Source of the DNA: Eledone cirrhosa
Taxonomy: Eukaryota
DNA length: 64,000 nucleotides
Direction: 5' to 3'
NCBI GenBank assembly: GCA_964016885.1
Contig: OZ024744.1
Coordinates: forward strand, 56,916,001 to 56,980,000
The notes below the pieces were generated by a model. The model worked only from the letters and a program-made list of their open reading frames with translations, did not search any database and was not told where the DNA came from. This document shows positions 40,656 through 55,610 of this stretch, in pieces (position 1 is the stretch's first letter; every line of letters begins with the position of its first letter). A program made the translations under genes and the position numbers.

Positions 40656-41481
40656 AAAATTCTGTTTGAGATGTATTTTCTGATTTTTTTTTTTTTTTTT
40701 AAAGATGTAAAAAATATAAAATAAATAGATAAATAAGTCAGGATGGGTGTGGCAGTCTGGAGAAGCAGGTTTTTGTGAAAGTGGATGCAATCAAATCACA
40801 AAATGCACAGTTGAGAACAACAATGTAAAAGAAATAACAGCAACAACAACTACAACCACAACAATAACAATAAGGCATTCCGATCAAACTGCCAAATATT
40901 AACAAAATTGGGGGAAAAAAAAAAAGATTTAAAAAATTATTTTTTTGAAGACATGTCAAAGAACTAGAGTAAAAATTTTAATAAGTTACCAATGTCCATT
41001 ATAATTCCTATTTTTTTTAAGGACTATAGCTCAGAGTTGGCCTGTAGGATACTTTATTTTTTATATTGGATTTTTTTTTTAACCTTTTTCTAAAACTCTT
41101 TAGGTTCTGAAAGATAACTAAAACCAGTAATTCTATATGAAATGAAATATGTTTAAACATTCTTTTTGTTCCTCAGTAATTTTAACTTTTTGTTATATAC
41201 AAATACATTAATGTTTATTTAAGACAGTTGTATGAGCATTCTACAGGTGTGATTTTGTAAGTAAAGTTTCATGGACGTCAGTCATTTGCATTCACTTGAG
41301 ATTTAAATTTATATTTATTGATGAATTAGGTTAACTAACAAGAAAGTCTCATTCAAATTCAAGATGCTAAATAAGACAATCATGTGTGTTACATTCTAAA
41401 AATAGGAAGAAAATACAAAATGTTTTGATATAGCTTTTCAATGAGAAATTTTTTTTTTGGACAGGAGCTTTAGAAAATTAA

Positions 41482-41830
41482 CTCTTAATACTCTGTAACG
41501 ATTTAGCATTACATGTTTAAAAATGGCTTTATTAATTTAAATAATCATAATATCTTTACTAATGTGAACATTTTCTATATTAAAGTAAAGACTTTAATTT
41601 TTAATGTTATGCAGTGAATTAAGAATACCTTGAAAATGTGGTTTCATGTAGTACAAGACATTAAAAGTTAATTTAAATGTTTACAGTATCTTTAGTATAA
41701 AGTCAGATGCTGTGAAAATTTGCAGTATTAGAAAAAAGACTAAATTTTCATGTCAGGAAGTCACAGTGGTGTTTTTGTAAATCAAGAATGTCTTGTTAAT
41801 GGGGTTTCATGTGGTACAGGGTATTAAGAG
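41482..41830. mobile_element. piggyBac-like MITE
   Basis: TTAA-CTCTTAATACTCTGTAAC ... GTACAGGGTATTAAGAG-TTCA. Confidence 0.55.
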
Positions 41831-44109
41831 TTCAAATTAAATAAATAAATAAAAGTGCATTAAAATTTTAATTCCCCGACATAAATGCAATATTTTCTCA
41901 TCAGCAATTAATGTTTTCTGTATTAGAAAATTTAAAACCTATATATATATGAGAGAGAAATAGATAGATAAGTTCATATAATGAAGTGAATAATTGTGAT
42001 AATTCTTAACAATATACTATCTGAAAAGCTACATAAAAACACAGAGATACAAAAGGAAAGAAATCCAGATCTTCAGATGTTTAAAATTATAAAGATGAAA
42101 TATTTTTGTCTAACTAAATGGTGCCACAGGGAGAAACATTTTAGTTGTCTTGCAGATTTTAGAAAAAAAAATGTAAAAATAGAAAGAAAAAACATGCTTT
42201 TATCTTGAAAAGATACTACAGATTAGTTGCCAAACTTTTATATAACTACACACACACACACATGTATATAAACAAATACATGTGTGTGTGTGTGTGTGTG
42301 CGCATATGTATGTATATGTGAGTGCATGTGTGTGTATATACACACACACACACACATATATATCCACTCCCTAAAACTCTCAAGGAATATGGTCATACAT
42401 TTCCATTGATAAATAGAAAATTTAATAAATGGCAGTGGATTGGTCCAGCCAGTATAGCTTGTGTCCATTAGAAAATGGATATAGGCACATTGCTGCTGCT
42501 GCTGCTGCTGTTAATGGTGTTGTCTTTTTTCTTTCTTTTTTGTTGTTGTTTGATCGTTAATATGGATGCACATTCTCAACTATTAGCCAACCCCTTCTTC
42601 AACAACTTGGCTAAAATTAATCTTTTGCCTTTCATAATCATTTCTGTTTACTTTTGCAATAAAAAAAAAAAAAATTAACCTGCTTATAACAGGTAACTAA
42701 GGTGATTGGAACATTTAAAAATATTTTTCATTCTATTACATTAACCTTTCATTACTAAATAGCTAATTGCAGACACACACACATACACTTATACAGTTTA
42801 GGCACATATTTGGAATTAAATATTTTTATAAAAATGGAAGGGGGAAAAAAATTGTTGTTTTTTTTTTTAATTTACTGAATTAAATTGTTTCCCATAACTA
42901 ATATATCAAATAAAAATAAAACTAAAACAATTTAAAGTGACTCGGTTTATAGCAGTGGATCCTTCATAAACATTATTTCAGATGATGGTTGGTGATGGTC
43001 GTGGTGATGATGATGGCTATAATGGTGATGATAATGATGATGGTTGGTGTTGATGAGGATGGTGGTGATCATCTGTTTCACTTTAAATATGTATGAAATC
43101 AATGATAAATTGAAGTTAAAATATATACTTAGAGATATATAGAATCATTTTAAATGGATAAATTGAACAATAAAAAATAAATTACTTTAGAGATTAAAAT
43201 ACAAGAGTAAAATAGATATGATAGACTATACTATTTCATATAATAAAACTTCAATATTTTAAAGAAGCATTTCTCTTATCTTACAGACAATTAGGAAAGG
43301 GCTGGATATTATATATATCAACAAAGTTTCATGTGATTTTCATATCATTTATGATGCATATAAAGGTATTGTAATGAAAACTGAATTAAGTTAATGACAA
43401 ATTCTGAAGAGTAATATATATAAAAAAAAAAAAAAGGGGGGGGGGGGGGGGTCAGCAGTTAGTAATGAAGGAAAAGCAAATTATTTTCTCTAAACTGTAG
43501 CGTTTTTGAAACAGGGAGAGGGGTTGATCAGTGCAGGATAAACAAATAGGTTATACGAACAATATCTTTCAAACTAGTGTTTAAAATATGTGGGGGTAAA
43601 AAGGGTTGGGAAGTTATTAAAAAAAAACAACAGGTGGATAGGTTGGAAGAACAAAGTTATTTGGGGGTTGGTTAGCAAATTCATAGACTATCAGGATATT
43701 TTTGTATTATATAGTGGGGAATTGTTTCCATTTTTCCCCATCATTCTCCTCACCTTGGAGTGTAAGGGACAAGAGTGTCCAAATTGCTGGATTAAACAAG
43801 AAAGGAATAAAATTAGTATGATTAATTTTCAAAACTAACTAACTCTAATACATTTCTTAAAAAATTAATATAAAAGCTTTTATTTAGTACAATGCCTATA
43901 AAGATACTTGCAGTAAATCATTATAAAAATGTTAATGCGACTATTCTGTATACTGAGAGATTATTTCATGTGAGATGATTGCTGTTATCTCATGACAATA
44001 ACAGCCTAAGAATTTACTTCATCTTTTCTGTATGATGGTTCTTAGCAAGTGTCTGTAAAATATATCAGATGTGTTCTATTTTTAGAAGTGTTGAGCAGAT
44101 AAGTATTAC

Positions 44110-44317
44110 TTGAAAATTTAGAAGTTTCAACATATTTATTTTACTATGAAAAATAGTCTAACAAATTGGGCATAAAAGACACTGGACAGGAAAAAAGTTG
44201 ACAGCATTGCCTATAGGATGCTGTCAAGCTTTTTTCCATCCAGTGTCTTTTATGCCCAATTTGTTAGACTATTTTTCATAATAAAATAAAAATATGTTGA
44301 AACTTCTAAATTTTCAA
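44110..44317. repeat. About 208-bp near-perfect palindrome
   Basis: About 100-bp arms centred on CCTATAGG (44210-44217). Confidence 0.93.
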
Positions 44318-44944
44318 TAAATCATATAACATATGTTTTGTAAGCCTGCACACCCACTGGCATAGTTTATATAGCATGAGCACAAGCTGAATTCATCCCA
44401 GCTCATCTCTACCACAAGAATAGGGGCCTTTTATCTGTAGTTTATACTGGTTACATTGGCACCAAGTGACAGAGTACAAGACAGGATACCAGTCCATTGC
44501 TGAACTAATCCCCAAAACAATCTACTCCTCTCACCCAAAAGAAAGAGATGTTCTATTTGATTCTGATGTAACATTTCCAAATAATCAGTAATTCTACTTG
44601 AATTAAGACCTCTCTCAAATAAGCTTTTGTCTAATGAAAGACTGTGCATAACTACTATAAACTTGCCCAGATTAACAATTACCAATTTTACCATTAAGAA
44701 TTACAGATAACATGATAGACAATATATAAATGAGAAGAGGAATAATGTTTAAATTAATGACATACAGTGTAACGGGCAGGTGGGGGAGGGGTATTTAACT
44801 GAGAAAGTGTTATATATAATTAGATTTGAAGAAAAAAATAAAAACTTCAGAAGTAAAATTCTGAGTAAACAAAAAAGTTAAACCTGCAAAATCTTAAAAC
44901 ATTATATATATATATATATATATATATATTTTTTACTTTCCCAC

Positions 44945-45000
<56 letters not shown>

Positions 45001-46196
45001 GTATGTATGTGTGTATGTATTAAGTATATTATTTGTAAATCAAATTTTTAGGGTAGAGATATAAATATAGAGGACAAACTCATCAATAATAGGATAGGTT
45101 ATATTTTATAAAAAGAGATTAAATAGAATAGAAAAAATGTTTAAAAAGTAAATAAATAAATAATAATTATGATGTGTGTGTGTTATTAAGAGTGTGAATA
45201 TGTGTAAGTATGCACATCCAGACGGAATTCTCAATTAAATATATGAAATATTCATATTTGAAACAATTTTAAAGAATATATATATATATATATATAAATA
45301 AATTTTTTAGATTTGATCAAAAAGTAATTGAAAGGAATTAGCCAAATAATTTAGTATTTGAGGTTAGATGAAAATTTTGAGAACATTTTTTTTTTTATAA
45401 AGAATTTGCAAAAAATATTTAAATAAAAAAAAAAAAAAAAAACTCCCCGAAATCCACTCAGTGTTTATAAACCAATTATGTTTTGCTAAATTTATTATAA
45501 AAATGATGTTTGACATGTTTAGAAAATGAAAGGCATTAAACTGAAATAAATATAATGTAAAAAAAAAAAAAGATGCAGCAAAAAGTTTTGTACTGCATGA
45601 AACTGTATAAGTCATTCTCGAAAGGTACAAAACAGTATTAAGAACTGCATTACATTCTACTCTAATATTGCAAATGTTCATGGTATGTAATGTAGTAAAG
45701 ATATTAGCAATATTTGAATTAATCCAGTTTTTAAATATTTTGTAATAAATCTTTACAAGATGTTATGAGTTAAATCATCTAACATAACTGTTTAAAAACA
45801 AAGTTGACTTTGACAGGGACTAATAAAACAAAGCATTTTGTCTAACACCAATGATTCCATTATAGATATAGATAAAACTATCCACAAAACAATTTTGCCT
45901 AAGAGTATCAAACTTATCTATCTAAAGGCAATAAATTACTTCAGTAAAATTATGTGATAGACACAATTACTCTGACATATTTGTACTAAGTTGTTAATGA
46001 CTGGAGTTTCCACAGGTCCAATTTCAAATCTAAAATATCAAAACTTGAAGATTTATTCATCAATATATTCGCTGTTTTTTTTAAAATTTAAATTTTACTT
46101 AAATTTATCTATTTTTGTGTGGATTCAATCTGTTTTCCATTAAGTTTTAGATTTAATTTTCCATTGATGCCAATAATTGAGCAACAGATATCTTAA

Positions 46197-46451
46197 CCCT
46201 TTTGATACAAAACAGCTTAAAACCAGACCTGTTTATGCAAAACAAGTCTGGTTATTTTTAAATGATTAAATTTATCTAAATACTGTTCATCATAATTTTA
46301 TGTAAGAACCTTTGTTAAGTTATGTTCCAAACACCAGATTAATAATGATAAAGTCAGTTATATTACTAAATCCCTCTGAATTCTTGATTATTTTCAAAAT
46401 TAATTGAAAATCATGAACAGTGTCTTTCATTAAAATATGGTAACAAAAGGG
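46197..46451. mobile_element. piggyBac-like MITE
   Basis: TTAA TSD on both sides, TIRs CCCTTTTGATAC / GTAACAAAAGGG; diverged sister copy near 54865-55094. Confidence 0.75.
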
Positions 46452-46555
46452 TTAATGATATAGCAGCATGTACATGTTTCAGATAAAAAGGAAAACTATA
46501 AATTCACAAAGAAAATATCTTTAATGTTAATCAATGACAAAACTTACAATACATA

Positions 46556-46963
46556 TCTATATATCTAAAACAGAGAATGTCTGTCTGTTTGTTTGACTCC
46601 CTAAAACTCAAGAACCACCCAACTGATTGTTTTCAAACTTTACACATGTAATACTTATGGTGGTGTGAGTGTTTTGAGCCAAAAAAATTTCAAATTTTCA
46701 ATGCCCTAGGGACCGCATTAGGCAATTTAGCGATCTCTCTATAATTCTTAGTCTTTCTTTTTAGATAGATACATAGCTACAATGTTGCGCCCTTATATCT
46801 GCCTGTATGTCTGCATTATATATAATTATATATTCGTTTACAGATATTTTTGCATACACAATAACAAAATATAAACAAACGTATTTATTTCACGAGGCTC
46901 AATAAGGATAAATATATAAGAACCCTAGAGCAAATCCCGAGCAACGCCGGGCCATTCTGCTAG
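46556..46963 (+). mobile_element. Non-autonomous Helitron
   Basis: A|TC...hairpin...CTAG|T; homologous to 1383-2041. Confidence 0.9.
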
Positions 46964-47228
46964 TTTTATACTAACTGTAAACATGGTAAACAAATGAGTC
47001 ACTGATGAGAATTCAACCTATGTTGTCTATTACATTTTACAACAAATACACAAATCCAACAGGAATCAGGGCTCACATACATACACACACACTTTTAATA
47101 CTTCTAGACTGTCTACATTTATCCTGCATGTCTTAAGAGGTTGAATTTAGTCATTAAACATTAGTTATCAATGTGTATTACACCAATCTGTTGATTGATG
47201 ACAAGAAAATTAATATGTTAATAATCTA

Positions 47229-47265
<37 letters not shown>

Positions 47266-48341
47266 TTGTGTTTATAATAATAATTTCTCAACTGATTAAT
47301 AAAAAAAAAATATTCCTAATGATGAAATAATCAAAGTAGTACAAGGTCCCTTCTCATGAAATTTTGAAAAATTGAAACTAAACTTCAATATATAACTGAC
47401 AAAAATTCTAAAGCAACTTCAATGCCTTTCATTCTAAAATTGAATCATTTTATATTGTATTTTTTTGTGAGTTTTCAATTAATGTTAAGTCATTAGGGAA
47501 ATAAGCAGCTAGCTATAGCTGTGATTCTAATATTTAAAATACATTTCATTAATATAATTAAAAAAAAATAGATTTTGGTTTCCACTTTATCAACTACTGT
47601 CTAATATAATTAGAATTGCTTTTTTTTTTATAGTAAAATACTTTTATTAGTATGTGTGCATAAAATAATATATCTATAGCTTTTTAAATTTTTTTTATTA
47701 GAGTGTATATGTGTGAATGTTTGTCTGTGTGAGGATACATGTGTGTATATGTTTATGGATATGTGTGTATGTGAATTCAGACTAATTACATACCAAATGA
47801 GAACTACCAATACTAAAAAGAAAAATATACAGTAATTCTTTTTTTTTTACATATTAAATATATGAAATCTATGCAAAGAATTCTGGGACAGCCCCAACCC
47901 ACACTCCCCCAAAAAATCTTTAAGATGTTAAATTCCATAGATCATTAGACCCCCCAAAATAAATAAACAAAAATAAATTTAATTTAAAAAAAAATGTTTT
48001 CTCAATTTCTTTTTTAAACAAATAACCTCAACATTTCAAGTTATTTGCTTAAAAGTTTATTTAGCTATTAAATTGATTAACATTCTTCATTATCTTACAG
48101 CAAGTTTTTTTTTTATTGGTTTGTTGTTTGTCCAGCTCTCAAACTGTACAAATATTTATATAAAATTTCTTAACATATAACAACTTAGTGACCATTTATG
48201 TTATTCAATCTGTACAAGTATGCGCCATTACACACATTCACACCCACCCACACACATTTTTCAATCATATTTAATTAAATAAACTGGTGGCAATAATTAG
48301 AGCAACAGTAGTGGTAGTAGTAGTAGTAGTAATAGTAGTAG

Positions 48342-48373
<32 letters not shown>

Positions 48374-48397
48374 AGCTACTAGAAGACTCATCCTTAC

Positions 48398-48519
48398 CTG
48401 CCAGGTGTGTCAGAATCTCCAAATCCTCTGCCTTTCAGTTTCTGGACCAGTTTAGCACTGCTACGCCTTATGGAAGCTCTCAGTTTGGAAAATGAGCCAC
48501 TGCGCTTAAGTTTCCCACT
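48398..48519 (-). CDS. KLC: Kinesin light chain exon (SGKLKRSGSFSKLRASIRRSSAKLVQKLKGRGFGDSDTPG)
   Basis: Near-identical to the conserved KLC motif LKRSGSFSKLRASIRRSSEKLVRKLKG; CATCAG acceptor, CAG|GTAAGG donor, phase 0 to 2. Confidence 0.95.
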
Positions 48520-49599
48520 CTGATGAGGTTAATTTAAATGTGTGAGGAGCCATATTCAAGGAGGAACATGCCAAGAGTGGTGAGAGGGGACATGGTGATC
48601 ACTACATTGACAACATTTACATATTTTGTTGTTTTTCTTAGGGGATTTATTATTCTTTTTGGTTTTCCAAAGTTTTTTGGTTATCTTTTTTCTCCGTAAA
48701 TAAATTTTGATTATTGGCAGATGAAAAATGGACAGGCTGACTCTTGCGTATGTACCAAGAATGCTTAGTGCTTCAGCTGTGACATATGACACACACACAT
48801 ACTTTTAACAAAATAATGTGCAAGCGGAGTTAGTTGTTAAGGTAACAAAGCTTTAAAAAAAGCTAGCTTTTAAAATGAATTTTTATTCATAGAAATTTTG
48901 TAGGGTTAAATTTATATTTCATTGGTATGAATTATTCTAATTATATTTACAAATATGGGAATATTTTTTCATTTTTCTTTAACATCCCCTCTAACCACTT
49001 AAAACACAAAATATAAATTTCTTTTTTAAAAATCATGCATCAAAAACATTAAAAAACGTAAAACACAATGGATATTTTTTTAAAACTCATGCTTCATGTC
49101 TAATAATAGTTATTAAATATACTAAAGTGTGCTTAAGTTAATCAAAATTATAGTTTACTACTAAAAATGTTTTGATAAAAAAAAAAAAAGGAATAATAAT
49201 AATTCTTCACACCAACTATTTATGGCAGAACTTCAAACATGATTTAAGAACTGTGGAACAGGCAGGTACTAATAAATCAATGTTTTGTTGAGCACTATGT
49301 TTTGGACAGCACTTATTAACCAAAATAATTGTTTCTACTTTTGGCACAAGGCCAGCAATTACCCAGTGCATTACTGGTACTTTATTTTATCGACCCCGTA
49401 AGGATGAAAGGCAAAGTTAGCCCAAAATAATGAAAACCGTTTGGGGTTATTGTGATCATTGTTTATTGTAATTTAACCACTAATAATATGTTAAATTATA
49501 CACTAAGACTTTTTACCCCAGGAAATATAACTAATGTTATACACAGACACCCATACAAGCATATAACAATATAGCAAGCCATATAGATACACACAGACA

Positions 49600-49960
49600 T
49601 TTTTATGCCTGCTTTTTCATGCTGGCATGGGTTGGACCAGTACTTTTCAGCTCAACATCACATTCCTTCGTTATCTCAATTTGGGATCAGCTTTGACCAC
49701 CTCCTCTCACTTCTTCACTGAGCGATCACCATCCATGCGAATCACATATCCATTCCAACAGTCTTCTCTCTTGCACACCATTTCTGATTCTTCTTAAACC
49801 CTGTTTCTCCCTCAGTTCATTCAAGCCCTGCCCTTCTCTCACATTTACACTGCATATCCAACAAAGCTTGGTTGCTTCATTTCTCTCCAGTCTACAGATG
49901 TCCTCTGCAATCACTGCCCATGTTTCACTACCAAGCAGCATTGCACTTCATACACAGGCT
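49600..49960 (-). mobile_element. RTE LINE 3' fragment
   Basis: MLLGSETWAVIAEDICRLERNE...QERRL. Confidence 0.85.
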
Positions 49961-50559
49961 GTGTCTGTCTGTGCGTGCACACACACACCCATATATACTT
50001 AAATATACGCATATACATACAAACACACATGGATACATACTCAGATATACGCACATGGGTTGGATGCTTTATCGTGGTTCATGACATCTTGCACACAGAA
50101 ACATATCAATAAACAAAACCCAACCAACTTTGTACTGTCTATACCTCAAGTATATTATATACCATCAACTTTGTACTGTCTATACCTCAAGTATATTTTA
50201 TGCCATCAACTCTAGAGATGTCCCAAATAGCAAGGAACATGGTGGTGATTGATTGTTTCTGTAATGTGGGTAGAAGTAAGGAGGGAGTATTTGTAAAGGT
50301 AATCTGAATGCCTTTGGAGTAAAGCGGTTACCAAAGCACTACAGAGAGAAGTATATTGAGAAATTTTCAAGAACTTCTCAAAGTTGTAAGGGAATTGTCA
50401 GGTTTTGTGGTGTAGGTAAGCAGATAGGCGAGTATAGCATCTCCAATTGAGCTGGACTGTGTATATATAACCCATGTATATAAAAGAAAGATGAATAAAG
50501 AGAGAAGGAAAATATAGGAGAAATAGATAATATAATAATAGCAATAATAATAATAATGA

Positions 50560-50770
50560 TTTTTGATTTAAGTACAAAGATGGCAATTTCAGGAGGGATA
50601 AGACTATTACACCAACTCCAGTACTTGATTGGTACTTTATTTTATTGATCCCCAGAAGGATGAAAGGCAAGTTGGCCTTGGCATGATTTGAACTTAGAAT
50701 GTGAAGAGCCTGTAATTAAATGCTGCAAAGCATTTTGTCCGATACTCTAATGATACTGCCAATCCACCAC
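50560..50770 (-). mobile_element. Family-B SINE (another fragment at 49323-49422)
   Basis: Homology to 34862-35054. Confidence 0.8.
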
Positions 50771-50779
50771 ATTAGCAGT

Positions 50780-52430
50780 AGCCATCATCATTAATCATCA
50801 AAAACATTTTCATGCTTGCATGGGTTGTGTGGGTCTTCTCCAGCACAACCTACCATCATTTGTTGCATCCCTTTGTTATTTGAGAGATTCAACGTTTTAA
50901 GATCAGCTCTAACCACTAAGCCCCAAGTTTTTCTCTGTCTTTCTCAACTACAGTTTCCTTCCACTAGCATTGCTTGAAACTTCTTCACCCATCACAAACA
51001 TACCAGTAAAAACTTCTCTTCTGCACACTATACCTGATTCTTCTTATATCCAGTTTTTCTCTCAGCTCATCCATGTCTTGTAGTTCATGCACATTAACAT
51101 TACATATACAAAATGAACATACACAATTCATTTATTTCCAGTCTCCATATATACATGAATTTATTGCCCATGTTTCACTGTCATGCAACATTACACTTCT
51201 CATGAAAGCATCATACAAATTACCTTTTTGGTTGAGGAAAAAAATCCCTTTGTTGTCATGAGATAGTAGTTCCCTGAACTTTTGTCATCCTCTTCTTATT
51301 CTAGGTACTCCACTGATAATTAGATCATCTAGTTAACAGAAACTATCAACTACTTCTATGGTACCTTCCTGTGATTGGAAAGATCTTACTTCACTGCTAC
51401 TCTTACCACTAAATATCCATAAGCACCTCCCACATGCAGTCTACATTTCCTATTAGTCTTCCTGATATCCTAAAACACATTTTACATTGTATAAATCATA
51501 CAGAATTCCTACTTACTCCTTTTCTACATAGTGAGCATGGTAACTCCCCTGATGGGATTAAAGTCTTGATTTCTTTCCTATTTACTAAAACTTTAATCTT
51601 TGCTAAATTTACCCTGAGCTATTTTGATTCTAAGTTCTGTTGCAACAACAAGAAACTCTTCTCCATATTGAGCTTTAAGAACCAGGTCATCAGCTATAGA
51701 AGTTTCCATGGACAGCTAATCTAAAACTCCTTTGTTTATAACCTGGAAAACTATAATAGTAGTGGCCTGAGGACTGAACTCTGACACTCACCTGCACATT
51801 GACTTCCTATTCTCACTTTACTGACAGGTCTTCTGTACATGACTTGCACTGCTCTCACAAGCCACTCATCTACACCTGGTTTCCTTAAGGATCATTAGAT
51901 AACAGATCTTGTAACTCAATAAAAGGCGTTTTCCAGAACAACAAAAGCTAGATATAGCAGCTTACAATTGGCTAGTAACTTGTCTTGTGGTTGTCTTATT
52001 AAAGAGTGCATATGTGATGCTCTTTCCTTGCACAAAGCAAAATTTTATCTTATCTAATTTGATTCTTTCCCTAGTGGTCCATTAATTTTATGCCTCTATA
52101 ATTGCTTCTTTCTAGAGTATCACCTTTTCTCTTGTAACAATTAATGAGTATATACTATGCCAGTCATTGGATATGGCACCATCATAAATTACCTATTTGA
52201 CTATGTGGGTGACTAGCTCAACTCTTATTTCATCAAATGATTTCAGCATCCCAGCAACTATCTTTGGTAGTCCAGTAGCTTTATCATTCTTCATCTCAAT
52301 TACTTTTTCAACCCTATAATTGTCAACTTTGATAGCCAGTCCCTCTGTTGAGTCTACTGGCGGTAGTCCTTTCTTCTTCTCATTCTGTACATATCAACTA
52401 ATCCGAACATTTCCAGGCCTCTTTCCTATC
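50780..52430 (-). mobile_element. Heavily decayed RTE LINE
   Basis: Reverse-complement similarity to about 9350-11100 throughout. Confidence 0.82.
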
Positions 52431-53217
52431 TGCCATTGTATGTATCACCTAAAAATTTTCTGATCCTATATTTAATAGAGAACCCTTTTAGCTTCTATGC
52501 CCTCCTCCTCCTGATTTTCTGCAATTTTGATTTTGTCTGACATCACTAATAACTAATTTACATTGGGTGGTAAATAATAACAATAATAATAATAATAATA
52601 ATAATGAAATGTTATTAAATAAAACTGTCCTTATCTTGCCTCCCCACCTTCCAGTGTTTGTTGCTCGAGTATGAGTATGTCAATCCTATATAACCCCACT
52701 GCCAGTTGTACTCACATATGGTCACATATAATGTAGAGTATCTTGTTTCATCATCTACACATGATATAACACCACATGTGGACTGGCATGGACACAGTTT
52801 TCAATAAACATTACTTCACACCCTACCTAACAAGCTGGATAATTTCTTTCACTTAATTGTATTGTTATTCATTACACACAGACACATGTGCATTGTTATA
52901 TGACAGTAGTTAATGCTACTACATAAACCATTTTGTTCTAAAACATTTTTTTAAAATTAACTACTTTTGTAAATTTTAATTGTAAACAAAAATAAAAATA
53001 AAAATGGGAAAGAAAATATTCAAAGCAGGCCAACATAACCTTAAATATTATTAATTAACCTTCAAAGAAGACCAACATAAATTTTTGTAATCAATTTTAT
53101 GAAAGAAACCCAATAAAGTGTCAAAGTAAATAGTTGAATTTGTCTGCAAAATCAATTAATGCACTGGCATTTAACTGTATGTAGGTGTGCAGAAACGCAT
53201 GCTCAAGGAAGTGTGTG

Positions 53218-53254
<37 letters not shown>

Positions 53255-53745
53255 GCACACACACATACATATATACAAATACACATGTGTGTATAAATGA
53301 TAGATAGAGGTAAGTGCTGATTTTACACAAATTTAAAAAGTGCTCATATATTGTTTTAATAATAAAGAAATGGCAAGTAACCATAGATAATACTGATAAC
53401 CATCATGATAGTAACATCATCCTCTGCAATAAGAGCTGCTAGAATATAGTCCACTGAACACTAACTGGTTAGCTAATATATATGTACTTAATTTCAATAC
53501 TATGAAGAGATATCATGGAGAAATGCAAGGCACATATGTAAGCATATACAATGGTTATATATAACAATCTAGCTATAAGTATTTAAAACTGATTCTATCA
53601 TAGCTACTTCAGTAACAACAGAATTGTGATATCATCACAGCTTAAAATACAGCTAGACATGTATGTTTACTATACATAAACATATGATATATGTTTACAT
53701 ATACATCTCTATTTTGAATCAAGTTGTGTTGGTGCTACAGCTACT

Positions 53746-53817
<72 letters not shown>

Positions 53818-54121
53818 AATGGAAAAGAATGAAGCAAAATTTAATTTCTCACTCTTAGTACGTCTGTATACATATATGTATGTACGTATACATACATACT
53901 TACATTTATATATATATAAATTTTCTTCTAATGATGGACAAATAATAGGAATGCTCCAAGAAGGAGCGAGAGAAAGAGTCTAATTTCAACAGCCTCATAG
54001 TCCTATATTATGAGTAATAGAAAAGTTTTTGATTTGTTGGGAAAATGTCATACTGTGGTTTTAAATTCAAGAGTGAACAATATCTTAGAGATAAATTATA
54101 TATCATATCAACTAACTAGAG

Positions 54122-54250
<129 letters not shown>

Positions 54251-55309
54251 GTTGAGCCTTAATACTAGCAGGCAAAAATCTTAAATATTTTTAGAAATCT
54301 ATCAACTGAACAATTTAAGAATGAAAAAGAAAATTTTAAAAAGCCCAGATGTTTTACCCTTGTGTACAAAATAGAAAAAAAATAAAGATGAGCAACTTTG
54401 TTGGCAACTCTACAGTATAAGAAAGTAAAAGAATAAAAAATAATTATAGTATACATGCAAGTTTAAATAAATTGAGCTAAAAGACCAAGAGCATATGCAT
54501 AAAAAGCAGCCATGAAAGTAGCAAAGAACTAAAAATAATAATTTTATCAAAGTATACATAAAAAATAAGTTTTTTATATTTAAATTATCTTTTAAAATTT
54601 CAATTGAAATGTGTAACCCATCCACACCTCATATATCATTCAAAGTATATTGCAATTACAACTCTAAATAATTTCAGGCAAGTGTGTATGTAAAAATATC
54701 TGGTCTGTTTAAATTCTAACTACATGAATTATGAACTTTAGCATAAAAATTCTGAGATATCATAATTTTGAGGTTTGTTTAAAAATAAATTTTAAAATAT
54801 AACAAACCTCTGAATATCTTCATATCTAAGACCTAAATTGTCTTAGAGCTATGAAATATGTTAACCTTTCTGATATCAAACTGCCTGAAACTTTATATTT
54901 TAATGTGCTTATATTTACCTAAAAACTTTTCATCATAATTTTATGTAAAAACCTTTGTTAACTTATACTCCAAATACCAGTTTTAATAATGAAAATGTGT
55001 CATATTACTAAATTCCTCCAAATTCTTGATTATTTCCAAAATTAATTGAAAATTATAGGCATTATCTTTCATTAGAAATATGGTACTGAAAGAGTTATGT
55101 TGATGCCATCTCATCTAATTTTACCATATCTGTTTGTTTTATGACAAGTAATGACAGAGAGAATGGATGTAGTTGTTTTAAGATGTGCAGCGTCTGAAAT
55201 AACTTGATTGTCTGTTAAATCGTTATTGAGATATTTACATGCTGTCATAAGAAAAAAAGAATAAAAACTGAACAACTTGGTCCCATATACCCAATCAGAC
55301 ATTTCTTCT

Positions 55310-55610
55310 TTTAAATTGTTGGTTTCAATGGCAAGTGTTCCAGTTGTTTGATCAACGGAATAGCCTGCTTATGAAATTAATGTGTAAATGACTCAGCATT
55401 CCATAGACACATGTAACCCTTAAATAGTTCTCAAGGAGACACTGAAAATGTAAACCAAAGCTGGCCTTTGAATTATAGGTACAACTCATTTTTGCGAGCT
55501 AAGTTGACTCAAGCAATGTGAAATAAAGTGTCTTCTTCAAGGGCACAATGCACTGCCAAGAATTGAATTCATGACTTTACGATCATAAGCCAAACAACCT
55601 AACCACTAAA
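55310..55610 (-). mobile_element. Diverged tRNA-derived SINE
   Basis: GCAATGTGAAATAAAGTGTCTT motif and head shared with family A; related copies near 12500-12790, 33060-33230, 56030-56250. Confidence 0.7.

Noticed and set aside
42980-43072. Possible Gly/Asp-rich exon
   Set aside because: Low-complexity (GAT/GGT)n repeat without a supported gene context
47002-47012. CTGATGA as a hammerhead or snoRNA box
   Set aside because: No GAAA box or pairing stems nearby
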